From positions 64,001 through 128,000 of IMG/VR virus record IMGVR_UViG_3300045988_107814: a stretch of 64,000 bases of DNA; one strand, given 5' to 3'. This document shows, piece after piece, positions 54,926-63,968 of the stretch (position 1 is the first letter of the stretch; every line of letters starts with the position of its first letter). Source of the DNA: a virus. Below the pieces are notes generated by a model, which was given only the letters and a program-made list of their open reading frames with translations, was not told where the DNA came from and ran no database searches. The translations under genes and the position numbers were made by a program.

Positions 54926-56197
54926 ATGGGTATTTATACATCTGGTAGATATCTGAATGAGGCATATGATTATGCTTCCGATGTTCCTGTTAATGAAGCA
55001 TATGATGCTGCATTTGGTTGTGCACATGCACTTGCTGAATGTGAAATTAATGATATGGCTTTATTTGAAAGTGCTATCTATAGTGATATTGCAGAAGTTA
55101 GAGCTATGCAAGAAGGCTATGGTTATGTTAACGAAAATGCATTTACTGATGTACTTAAGAGAGTTAAAGAAATTTTCATTAAGCTTATCGGTAAGATTAA
55201 AGGTATTTTTGCATCTTTCCTTACTAAATTAACATCTGCATTTAAGAGTGGTGAAGATTTAGTAAAGAAGTATAGTACTAAGATTAACTCTTATCAGAAT
55301 TGGAAAGGCTTTAAGTGTAAGAAGATCCGTAAGCCTGTTAATATTTCTGAAGGCATTATTACTAGTATTAATAAATTATTTGGAAATGAGTCAAGTGATT
55401 CAACTGGTATTGGTAATATCACATACACTATTAATTTAAAAAATACTGGCGATTCTACTAAAAGAATAGCACTTACTACCGGACTTAGAGACTATACTAA
55501 GGTAGAAGATATTAAAGAAGCAGATACTGAAGATCTTAAAAATGCTATTCTCGAAAAGCATATTACAGGCTGTGATGATATCAAGGAAATTACAAAGAGT
55601 GTAATGGATAAGTTATTTGAAGAAGAAGAAACAATTGATGATGAAGTTAAAGATGGTCAATACTTTAATGCAAATTGGATCAAGGGTGCTTTAGTAGATA
55701 GTAAAAAAGCTAAAGAAAAAGTAGAAAAGTATAATAAAAAATGTGTAGAAAATATCAATAAAATTATTGATAATCTTGATAGAGACGAGAAAGCAATTTC
55801 TGAACTTATCGGAAAAAATGTAGATAAATATAAAACAAAAGATACAAGTGCTGATATATCCTACTCTAATTCTGATAAAGGTAAAGTTAGTAAGACTGAT
55901 AAATTCAGTTATTCTGAAACTGATAATAAACCATCTGCTAGTTATGGTGTTAGTCTATCTGATGTTCAAAAGGCAGTTCAAGCATTACAGAAGCTTGCTA
56001 CTAATCACTCTGAAGTAATTACTACTGTTACAAATGAGTATATGAAAACTGTTAAATTCACTATTGCTCAGGCTAAGAAACTATATACTGCCGCAGCAGT
56101 TTGGTCTTCTGGTGTTCATAAAGAATCTGTAGAATTTTCTGAAGCTATGGGTGATGTAGCATTAGAACAATTCTATTCTAATATGGAATCTATCTAA
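54926..56197 (+). CDS. paralog family member P2 (MGIYT N-terminus)
   Basis: 423 aa, with an AAGGAGG RBS. Mosaic with P1. Confidence 0.8.
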   Translation: MGIYTSGRYLNEAYDYASDVPVNEAYDAAFGCAHALAECEINDMALFESAIYSDIAEVRAMQEGYGYVNENAFTDVLKRVKEIFIKLIGKIKGIFASFLTKLTSAFKSGEDLVKKYSTKINSYQNWKGFKCKKIRKPVNISEGIITSINKLFGNESSDSTGIGNITYTINLKNTGDSTKRIALTTGLRDYTKVEDIKEADTEDLKNAILEKHITGCDDIKEITKSVMDKLFEEEETIDDEVKDGQYFNANWIKGALVDSKKAKEKVEKYNKKCVENINKIIDNLDRDEKAISELIGKNVDKYKTKDTSADISYSNSDKGKVSKTDKFSYSETDNKPSASYGVSLSDVQKAVQALQKLATNHSEVITTVTNEYMKTVKFTIAQAKKLYTAAAVWSSGVHKESVEFSEAMGDVALEQFYSNMESI

Positions 56198-56218
56198 TAG
56201 AAAGGAGATATAAACACA

Positions 56219-57529
56219 ATGGGTATTTATACTGAAGCTTATACTAGTTATGATCATTCTGATTATACTAGTGTAGAGCCATTTATTGGTGAGAGCTTTA
56301 ACTATCATGAATTAGGTATTATTGCTGCTCATGAAATTAACACTAATTATAATTCCTTTATGAAGAGCATTGCATTGTCTGAACTTGCTGCTCTTGAACA
56401 GACTGGTTCCACAGATGTGTTCTATGAGTCTGTAGATATTAAGGGTATCTTTGCTAAGATCAAGGCATTTTTCCAAAAGGTTCTTGAAAAGATTAGAAAG
56501 ATTTTCCATACATTCATTGCTAAGATGAAATCTTGGTTTGGTGATACTAAGAAGTTTGCTGAAAAGTATGGTAAAGAAATTAAGAATAAATGGAATAATG
56601 TTAAATCTGACTGGGAATTCAAAGGATATAACTTTAGTGTCGTTGATAATGTTAAAATTGATACCGACATTAAAGCAGATGCTAAAACTAATAGTAATGC
56701 ATTAAAGCAACTTATGGCTACTTCCGATTTTACAGGGCTTGCTAATAGTGGATATGCTAAAATTAGTGGTGGTACTTATAAAGATACTCAAGGTCAAGAT
56801 ACTAATAACGATGACTGGGCTAATCATAAAACAACAAAACCTGGACCCAATAACACTTATGCAGAACCTGAGAATGATCAAACTTTTAAAGATCTTAAAG
56901 CAGCAATCTCTTCTATTAATGAAAACTATGAAGATTGTGTAGATCATATGCGTCAGCAGGCAATTACAAGTATTGCTGGCAACGATCATAAACTTTTATT
57001 AAAATTTGATGTTTCTGCTTCTGGTGATGGTTTAGATGCTAAAGAGTTCTCTAAAGAATTATTTAAAGCATTTAGAAACGACGAAGATTCTAAGAAAAAT
57101 ATTACTAAGTCTGAAATTGAAACTATGTACGGTGGAAGCATTAATAACTTAGTTGAGTTTATTAAAAATTTTGATAAGACACTTAAAGATGTTAAGGAAG
57201 CTCAAAAGAAGATTGATGATTCTTACAAGAAGCTAATTTCTAAAATTGAATCTCAGGCTAGCAAATTAAAGTCTGAAAATACTGGAAAAAATGATAATCT
57301 AACATATTGTGCAGGATTCTATCAGAAAGTTTACAGTAGTATTTCTAGTATTGTTACTGAAGAATTCGCTGCATATATTTCTGCACTTAAAGAAAAGTGC
57401 ACACAGGCTAAGGAAATCTGCGTTAAGACTATTAGTCTTTCTAAGAAAATGACAGAATCTTATGACTATTTCGATAGTTATAGCGATAATGGTGGTTTTG
57501 ATTTTATTAGCTCTGTAAAGCTAGTTTAA
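56219..57529 (+). CDS. paralog family member P3 (MGIYT N-terminus)
   Basis: 436 aa. Family helix FYESVDIKGIFAKIKAFFQKVLEKIRKIFHTF. Confidence 0.8.
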   Translation: MGIYTEAYTSYDHSDYTSVEPFIGESFNYHELGIIAAHEINTNYNSFMKSIALSELAALEQTGSTDVFYESVDIKGIFAKIKAFFQKVLEKIRKIFHTFIAKMKSWFGDTKKFAEKYGKEIKNKWNNVKSDWEFKGYNFSVVDNVKIDTDIKADAKTNSNALKQLMATSDFTGLANSGYAKISGGTYKDTQGQDTNNDDWANHKTTKPGPNNTYAEPENDQTFKDLKAAISSINENYEDCVDHMRQQAITSIAGNDHKLLLKFDVSASGDGLDAKEFSKELFKAFRNDEDSKKNITKSEIETMYGGSINNLVEFIKNFDKTLKDVKEAQKKIDDSYKKLISKIESQASKLKSENTGKNDNLTYCAGFYQKVYSSISSIVTEEFAAYISALKEKCTQAKEICVKTISLSKKMTESYDYFDSYSDNGGFDFISSVKLV

Positions 57530-57567
57530 TAAATCAGAAGTTCTGATTATATAAATTGTAAATCAGA

Positions 57568-57600
57568 GCTGGGATACCTACAGGTGTCCCAGCCCTTTAT
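57568..57600 (+). terminator. rho-independent terminator
   Basis: gctgggatacc-taca-ggtgtcccagc stem followed by CCTTTAT. Confidence 0.65.
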
Positions 57601-57623
57601 ATTATTATATAGGAGGTAAGTAA

Positions 57624-58799
57624 ATGTCTTTATTATTTTCTTTAGATAATATTCTCCTAAATGAATCTAACGATATTATCGATATCGATAATATTGAATG
57701 TATGGATAACAGTTTAAAAAATTATTCTTTTGTGCAAGAAGGATATAATTTTATTCTAGAAATGAATTCAGATTACATTACTGCTGAAAAGACATTTTGC
57801 GAAGCAGTTTTAGGTTCTTATGGTAATGATAATATTATTAACGAATCATTTAGTGGATTCTTTGATAAGATTAAAGCAATCATTCATAAATTTATTGATT
57901 GGGTTAAAAAGATCTTTAAAGAATTTTCTATCAAGATTCATTCTTTAGTTTCTAGTGATAAGTATATTAAGAAAAACCATAAACTTCTTGATAAATTTGA
58001 CGATTCTAAAGATGAATTTGAATTTGAAGGGTACGAATTTTCCAATATTAATAACACAACGATTCCAGCAAATAACGCTTTAGATGCGTTTTCTGAAGAT
58101 AATGATGGTAAAGGTTATCTTAATACTTGGTATGGTGCTTCTGGTACTGATGAAGAAAAAACAAATGAATTAAACAATAACCTAAATCAAAAATTATCAA
58201 ATCTTCAAGATAATATGGAAGATTTCTATGATAGTTTTAGAGCTAAAGTTATTAATAGAACAGATGAGTCATATGATTCTAGTGAATACGGAGAAGTACT
58301 ATTTAAATTATTTAGAAGTGGTGAAACTAGCCCTTCTTCAATTACAGTAGATAGTTCTCTTGTAAATGAAATCTATCATAGATTTGATAGCTATAAAGAA
58401 ACAGTAAAGTCTATCGAAAAAACTCAAAAAGATATTATAAAAAACTATCAAGATTTAGAAAAGTATCTAGATAAAATGATTAAATTATCGAAAGAGGGAG
58501 AAAAGCTAAAACTTTCTATTAGCGATACATCTAGTGTTTATGCAAATAAACAAATTGAAACATTAGGAAATGTGTCTAATCGAAAGTCAGACAATGAAAT
58601 TAAAAACAAATCTACATTTGATATTATGAATAATTATCTAAAAGTACAATCTACTAAAATAAATGAGATGTGTCAAATTCATACAAGAGCATTTACTGCT
58701 AAATTAGAAGCTGCTAAAGATTGCTTTAAACAAGATAAAAAGATTCTTTATAAAGCATTATCTAAAGTAGCTAAACGTTCTAATAAATCTGACTATTAA
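57624..58799 (+). CDS. paralog family member P4
   Basis: 391 aa, with a TAGGAGG RBS. Family helix INESFSGFFDKIKAIIHKFIDWVKKIFKEF. Confidence 0.8.
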   Translation: MSLLFSLDNILLNESNDIIDIDNIECMDNSLKNYSFVQEGYNFILEMNSDYITAEKTFCEAVLGSYGNDNIINESFSGFFDKIKAIIHKFIDWVKKIFKEFSIKIHSLVSSDKYIKKNHKLLDKFDDSKDEFEFEGYEFSNINNTTIPANNALDAFSEDNDGKGYLNTWYGASGTDEEKTNELNNNLNQKLSNLQDNMEDFYDSFRAKVINRTDESYDSSEYGEVLFKLFRSGETSPSSITVDSSLVNEIYHRFDSYKETVKSIEKTQKDIIKNYQDLEKYLDKMIKLSKEGEKLKLSISDTSSVYANKQIETLGNVSNRKSDNEIKNKSTFDIMNNYLKVQSTKINEMCQIHTRAFTAKLEAAKDCFKQDKKILYKALSKVAKRSNKSDY

Positions 58800-58816
58800 T
58801 ATGGAGGTGAAACAAT

Positions 58817-60280
58817 ATGGAATTAAGTTTAGATAATACTATTGTAAATGAAGTCGAATCTTCTATTGAAAGACAGAGTAGAGATATTAAATTTTGTTAT
58901 GATATTGCCGAGCAAAATCGTGAAATGGAAAGATATGTTAATGAATGTATTATCAAAGCTAGTGGTAATAAGAAAGCTATTAACGAAATGTATGTTCTTA
59001 ATGAATCTTCTTTTACGTCAAAAATCAAGAATTTCTTCTTAAAAATCATAAACTTCTTTAAAAAAATTTTTGAAAAATTTATTGCCGCTATGAGAGGTAT
59101 ATTTCAACAACATAAAAATTATATTGATTCATATAATGTTATAATTACTAAATGTAAATGGAAAGCTGGAGATGTCTATGATATAAAAAATAGATTTATC
59201 GGAATAGCTAGAATTCTTGAAGCTGCCAATAATGTAAATGATGCAATTATCGGAATGAATATAGATAGATTTGTAAATGAAAACAATGTACCTGAGTTAG
59301 AAATAAATGACTCAATATATTCAGATTCTAAAAAATTAGAAAGTTTAAAACTTCCAGAAAAAATTTCTAATGGAGAAGGAAAACAACAAATGTTTGATCA
59401 ATTTATCAAACAAGGATATTGGAAAAATGTCAAAGATTTTAATTCTTATAAAGAAACAGACTCCGAAGGTAATGTAGATACAGCTGCTACATTTTCTTCT
59501 TGGTTTGATGGTGGTAAAGGAACTGTAACATGGAATGAAAACTATGTAGATGAAAACTTTCAAACTATTATTAATGTAACATATGCTGGTGAATCTTATC
59601 TAAAAAAATTAGAAAGTATAGTGTCTGTTATTACTAAAAAGATGAAAGAATCTTCTGATAAAATGGAAAAATATGTTAAAGAAGCTTCTGATAAAATTAA
59701 TAAATCTATTGATTCTACACCAAATTCTACTTCCACCAAAACAGGTACGGGAACCCAAACAGATACAGAACAATCAACTCAAACAGCGTCAGCTGATATG
59801 ACATTGAATTATTCTGGCGGATATATCAATGAAGTAGGTTTTAGACCTAGTAGTTCAAATGATGAAAATAAGACTGATTTAAACAAAACTGGTGATAAAG
59901 AAATAAAAAATGCAACTAAGACACATCAAGATATACAAAATATGCAAGTTAAAGGTCTTAAGAGTGCAGATGTAGATACTTCTGGTGCCAATACTAAAGA
60001 CCTTAAAGATAAGGCACAAAAATATCTAGATATTGATATGAATAATAGACAGGTAAGAATTAATGAATCTGTAAATATCTCATCAACAATTGCTAAAAAA
60101 ATGCTTGAATCTTTTGAAAAGACGACTGATGATTTTTATAAGATTATCAAAGCACATGTTCAATGGTATTTATCTAATCCAGGTGAAGATAAAAAAGAAG
60201 AAAATAAAACTAATAGACCAAGAAATCTCAATTTAAACGCTGGAGCAGTTCAAGTGGAAAAGAATACTCCTAAATCTTAA
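58817..60280 (+). CDS. paralog family member P5
   Basis: 487 aa, with a TGGAGG RBS. Family helix LNESSFTSKIKNFFLKIINFFKKIFEKF. Confidence 0.8.
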   Translation: MELSLDNTIVNEVESSIERQSRDIKFCYDIAEQNREMERYVNECIIKASGNKKAINEMYVLNESSFTSKIKNFFLKIINFFKKIFEKFIAAMRGIFQQHKNYIDSYNVIITKCKWKAGDVYDIKNRFIGIARILEAANNVNDAIIGMNIDRFVNENNVPELEINDSIYSDSKKLESLKLPEKISNGEGKQQMFDQFIKQGYWKNVKDFNSYKETDSEGNVDTAATFSSWFDGGKGTVTWNENYVDENFQTIINVTYAGESYLKKLESIVSVITKKMKESSDKMEKYVKEASDKINKSIDSTPNSTSTKTGTGTQTDTEQSTQTASADMTLNYSGGYINEVGFRPSSSNDENKTDLNKTGDKEIKNATKTHQDIQNMQVKGLKSADVDTSGANTKDLKDKAQKYLDIDMNNRQVRINESVNISSTIAKKMLESFEKTTDDFYKIIKAHVQWYLSNPGEDKKEENKTNRPRNLNLNAGAVQVEKNTPKS

Positions 60281-60289
60281 TAAAAATTT

Positions 60290-60315
60290 ACCAGAGTACT
60301 TTAAAGTACTCTGGT
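60290..60315. terminator. bidirectional terminator hairpin
   Basis: accagagtact-ttaa-agtactctggt forms an 11-bp stem between convergent genes. Confidence 0.8.
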
Positions 60316-60319
60316 ACTT

Positions 60320-61531
60320 TTATTCGTTAAATGCTTTCTTAAACTTTAATACAGTACTCATTATAAAATTCTCTGTCTGTTTTATAAATAGCTGTTGAAC
60401 TTGTAGTAATATATATCGTCCAGAATATGATTCATGTACTGGATCGTTTATAATATACTCTTTATTCAATGTAAATAAAGATGCATCTAAATCATTCTTT
60501 ACTATACTAATTACAACATTAGCAGATTCTACATTATGTGTTATAGGATTAATAGTATTTTGATCATTATTAGATACATTCATTACTTGATTAATAGTAG
60601 ATGTGATTTTTGCTTTGTTATCTTGTACTTCTTGTTCAAATACATCGCCTTTGGAATTTATAACAGTTACTTTATTTACCATCTTATTAGAAACCATGTT
60701 TTTAGTATATTCTACTTTAGAAGCATCTATTCCTATAGTACATTTTCCAGATCGTAGGTCTAAATAAGATCCAGGCTCTTCGGATGTAGTATTATCAATT
60801 TTTCTTATATCTATTACTATTGTATAAATATATTGATTACGAGCACGTATTGGGTTGCCTGACGATGATACAATATACGTAGTATCAAAATCAATAAAAA
60901 ACCTATAAGAAGTATCATAAAACGTTCCCAAGTTATCATTTAAGTACTTTACATAATTAGATATAGAATCAATAGGAGGAATTATAACTTGATCAAACTT
61001 AGTATCATATCTAATTGGTTCAAGCAACATATTACCTAGATAATTAGAAGATTGTAATATTAACGAATTCATACTAGCATTATGATATACTCCATTTATA
61101 GTATTTCTGTTATTATTAATAGCATCTTGTTGTATTAAGAATATAGTAACTTCTTTATATTGTCTATTACCAGTTTTTGAATCTATTCCATCTGGATTAT
61201 CTAATTTATCAGTTCTAGATAAATCTTCGTTTAAAATATATATGAATTTATCATTAAAATATTTCTCTGTTACATTATCACTTTGGTTAGTATTGTCATA
61301 TTTATATATACCTAATGTAACAAGATTATCATTAGAATGCTTGATCATATCATCTAGAATATTCTTTTCTATAGAACCAAATATAGTGATTACAGGCATA
61401 TTAGTATTATCAAAATCTTTATCTATAAGAATATATTGAATCTGTTTAGAATCTATTTCCACTTCAGTATTAGTAGAATTGATATATTTTAATACAATCT
61501 TATAGTTATACTGTTCACCTTGTTTAGCCAT
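60320..61531 (-). CDS. hypothetical protein
   Basis: 403 aa, with a GAAGGAG RBS. Confidence 0.75.
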   Translation of the reverse strand: MAKQGEQYNYKIVLKYINSTNTEVEIDSKQIQYILIDKDFDNTNMPVITIFGSIEKNILDDMIKHSNDNLVTLGIYKYDNTNQSDNVTEKYFNDKFIYILNEDLSRTDKLDNPDGIDSKTGNRQYKEVTIFLIQQDAINNNRNTINGVYHNASMNSLILQSSNYLGNMLLEPIRYDTKFDQVIIPPIDSISNYVKYLNDNLGTFYDTSYRFFIDFDTTYIVSSSGNPIRARNQYIYTIVIDIRKIDNTTSEEPGSYLDLRSGKCTIGIDASKVEYTKNMVSNKMVNKVTVINSKGDVFEQEVQDNKAKITSTINQVMNVSNNDQNTINPITHNVESANVVISIVKNDLDASLFTLNKEYIINDPVHESYSGRYILLQVQQLFIKQTENFIMSTVLKFKKAFNE

Positions 61532-61567
61532 TTTATCATCTCCTTCATTATAAAAAAGTTACAAAGC

Positions 61568-61603
61568 AAAAAAGAAACACAAGTGACTTGTCCGTCACTT
61601 GTG
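61568..61603 (-). terminator. rho-independent terminator
   Basis: cacaagtgac-ttgtcc-gtcacttgtg forms a 10-bp stem. The A-run before it gives a T-run on the minus strand. Confidence 0.75.
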
Positions 61604-61612
61604 GATTTCTTT

Positions 61613-62620
61613 TTAATTAGAGTTCATAGCTCTAACAAATGGTTCATCAACTTCAAGTAAAAACAGGTAGTTAAGAATGTTCTCTTCATCTACATTGAAA
61701 GTCTTGTCCAATACGTTAGCTAAGTTGTTATAGTCGCATTGTTTGTACACACGCCAACTTTTAACAAGAGATTCATAAGAGTTCTCGTATACTTTAGTGT
61801 AAGTTATAAGATCGCTAATACAAAGTCTCCTAAACATATCTTCTGACTCTGTTTTCTGGAATATTACTGGAGAATTATAACCATTCAGAAGTTGTCCCTT
61901 CGAAATCTTTTCTCGTATAATTGTAATAGTCCGTTTGAAATTATTAATCATTTCCATACCAAGTTCAGGACACTTGTGATATGCCATTATTACTGGTATT
62001 AGTCCAGGATTAATATCAGATGTTACTGTAGAACCTTTCCTAGGATACATTATATCTATTACATTATTAAATGTAATAAACTTTGTATTGGTACTTGGTC
62101 TAATAACAAATGACGATGGAATGAATGCTGGAATCTGATAAGAATATATACTATTTGATATAATTAGAGCAGAATGTCTAACTGGTAATGTTTCTGATTT
62201 AATCAAACTGAATATAACAGAAGCAGAGTTATATACATTTCTCTCTATAAAATATACCAATGGAAAATATGGTGATATCTTCTTCAGTATAATAAACATA
62301 TCTTCGTTCTTAGCATTTATATTTTCAAAAATATTATTGATACTAGATAACGTATTGACTATAAAGATTCTAGTGTTAACGTTATACCTAGACTTAAAAT
62401 AGTGCCTGTAATGAGCAGCTAGATTAAGTATATTTACCGATAATATTTTAACATCATTAACTAACAAAGTTTCAGCAAGAACGTTCTTATATATCGACTG
62501 TACGTCAATATAAATATCAACTGGAGTCTTTGTTAGGATATTAGATGATGGATTGTTTATTAGAAACTGATCAAGAATGTTATACTTGACAAATTTCTGA
62601 AACAATAAAGCTCTATTCAT
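61613..62620 (-). CDS. hypothetical protein
   Basis: 335 aa. Its ATG overlaps the upstream stop in TAATG (62618-62622). Confidence 0.75.
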   Translation of the reverse strand: MNRALLFQKFVKYNILDQFLINNPSSNILTKTPVDIYIDVQSIYKNVLAETLLVNDVKILSVNILNLAAHYRHYFKSRYNVNTRIFIVNTLSSINNIFENINAKNEDMFIILKKISPYFPLVYFIERNVYNSASVIFSLIKSETLPVRHSALIISNSIYSYQIPAFIPSSFVIRPSTNTKFITFNNVIDIMYPRKGSTVTSDINPGLIPVIMAYHKCPELGMEMINNFKRTITIIREKISKGQLLNGYNSPVIFQKTESEDMFRRLCISDLITYTKVYENSYESLVKSWRVYKQCDYNNLANVLDKTFNVDEENILNYLFLLEVDEPFVRAMNSN

Positions 62621-62964
62621 TAATCATCACCTACGCTGTTTATAAGTTTTTTCAATTTGGATTCGCATTTATCGCAAATACTTGGTATATCTGTAAATGG
62701 ATGTTGTCCATCTGAAAATACTATACACATTGTAGAATTGCAGAGTTTACACTTAGTATAAAATCTTGTATGAAACGGAATAGAAATAGGATATAGTTTT
62801 CTTATACATGTTTCGAACAAACATCTATCCTGTATAGTATCAGCATACTGACAATTCTTACAATCATCAGTATACTTTACAATATCAACACCATCCTCTT
62901 TATCATAATTTGGAGTAGCGTTGTTATACTTTTTTAATGTTGAATCAAATACACCTTTTGACAT
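62620..62964 (-). CDS. zinc-ribbon protein (three CxxC pairs)
   Basis: The ORF track uses a TTG at 62976. The ATG at 62964 (MSKGVF) has GGAG 6 nt upstream (114 aa). Contains CKNC, CKLC and CDKC plus additional cysteines. Confidence 0.7.
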   Translation of the reverse strand: MSKGVFDSTLKKYNNATPNYDKEDGVDIVKYTDDCKNCQYADTIQDRCLFETCIRKLYPISIPFHTRFYTKCKLCNSTMCIVFSDGQHPFTDIPSICDKCESKLKKLINSVGDD

Positions 62965-62965
62965 A

Positions 62966-63352
62966 TCAATCTCCAATCAGAGCTTTAGGATCATAGAAAT
63001 CATCTTCAATAGTACCAGCATCTGCATCATATAATTCATCAGATTCTCCAAGTACAGAATTCAATGATTTTCTAAAATCTTCTCTATTTTGAAGAATACC
63101 TAGAACTTCTTTTGTATTACCATAACCCATATTGAGTAATGTTTTTGCAAGTTCAGACGGGCCTTCTTCTGTCATAAAAGTATAACCTTTATTGCAGGTT
63201 TCTGTTCCATCTGGATTAGAAATCCATTTACGAACTTCCAATCTTTCAGTAGGATTATCTCCCCATCTAATTTTTCTTACAGCACCAAAAAGGTTCTGTT
63301 TTTCTTCAAATGTAAAGTCAATATTCTCTACAACTGTATATGAGAATGCCAT
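62966..63352 (-). CDS. PC4/YdbC-like ssDNA-binding protein with acidic tail
   Basis: 128 aa, with a TAAGGAGG RBS. VRKIRWGDNPTERLEVRKWISNPDGTETCNKGYTFMTEEGPSELAKTLL matches the bacterial PC4-like pattern (W-G..., D-I-R-x-W, K-G-x-T-L-x-x-E-E). The C-terminus DELYDADAGTIEDDFYDP is acidic, like SSB tails. Confidence 0.5.
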   Translation of the reverse strand: MAFSYTVVENIDFTFEEKQNLFGAVRKIRWGDNPTERLEVRKWISNPDGTETCNKGYTFMTEEGPSELAKTLLNMGYGNTKEVLGILQNREDFRKSLNSVLGESDELYDADAGTIEDDFYDPKALIGD

Positions 63353-63372
63353 TTTATATCCTCCTTAAATAT

Positions 63373-63407
63373 AAAAAAGACACATGCGGGAAAATCCCAC
63401 ATGTGTC
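63373..63407 (-). terminator. rho-independent terminator
   Basis: gacacatg(cggg)-aaaa-(tccca)catgtgtc stem. The A-run at 63373-78 gives a T-run on the minus strand. Confidence 0.8.
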
Positions 63408-63449
63408 CTTTATGTGTGTGCATGTCGTTTGTTTAATTACATATTTCTA

Positions 63450-63968
63450 TTACTGCTGGAACACTGCTCCAAGCTGGCTAGAAATACGACGCTTGTTGGC
63501 TACATTAATCTGTTCGATCTTGATAACAGAATTTGAACCAGTAGCATTAAATGCAGCCGGTACGAGATTGTACTCATACTTGTTCTTCTTGTCCTTACCT
63601 GCCAGCATAGCTAATACAGCCTTTGCATCAAGGTATACATCACCAATGATATTGGTAAATGTTACATTTGTCCAAGAGGTACCTGTCTGAGTAGTGATGA
63701 TATAATTGTTACCATTCACCCACTTATGCTTCGGATTATCCTGAGAGAAGTACAGAAGCTTAGTCAGGAGTTCCTTAGCAGATTTTGTGATCTTTGCATA
63801 CTTGGTTGCATCATATGCATTCATATTCTGCAACTGTACCATATTGATCAAGTTTGTAGCGATAGAATTCTTCGATACAATTTCCTCTGGATCAACAGTT
63901 GACGTGATGCAACGAACAAGATTAGTTTCGCTATTAGACAGCTTATCCTTAAACTGCTGTTCGGTCAT
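63450..63968 (-). CDS. hypothetical, probably abundant protein; start uncertain
   Basis: 172 aa from the first ATG. Codon usage is biased and GC-richer, and it has its own terminator. There is no clear SD before 63968, and the frame stays open to the right edge of the window, so the true start may lie outside. Confidence 0.6.
   Translation of the reverse strand: MTEQQFKDKLSNSETNLVRCITSTVDPEEIVSKNSIATNLINMVQLQNMNAYDATKYAKITKSAKELLTKLLYFSQDNPKHKWVNGNNYIITTQTGTSWTNVTFTNIIGDVYLDAKAVLAMLAGKDKKNKYEYNLVPAAFNATGSNSVIKIEQINVANKRRISSQLGAVFQQ

Noticed and set aside
53497-56197. A diversity-generating retroelement (template and variable repeat) as the explanation for the P1/P2 differences.
   Set aside because: No reverse transcriptase is present in the window. 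The differences are wholesale cassette replacements, not adenine-specific substitutions within an otherwise aligned repeat.
61613-62620. The 335-aa protein as a FEN/5'-3' exonuclease, based on the pattern VDIYIDV..IFIVN..IISNS.
   Set aside because: The positions that should carry the catalytic aspartates are N or S, and the match is only a loose hydrophobic pattern. That is not enough to call it, even as an inactive homolog.
63340-63690. 116-aa plus-strand ORF spanning the 63373-63407 terminator and antisense to the 172-aa gene.
   Set aside because: It has no RBS, crosses a terminator hairpin, and overlaps a better-supported gene.
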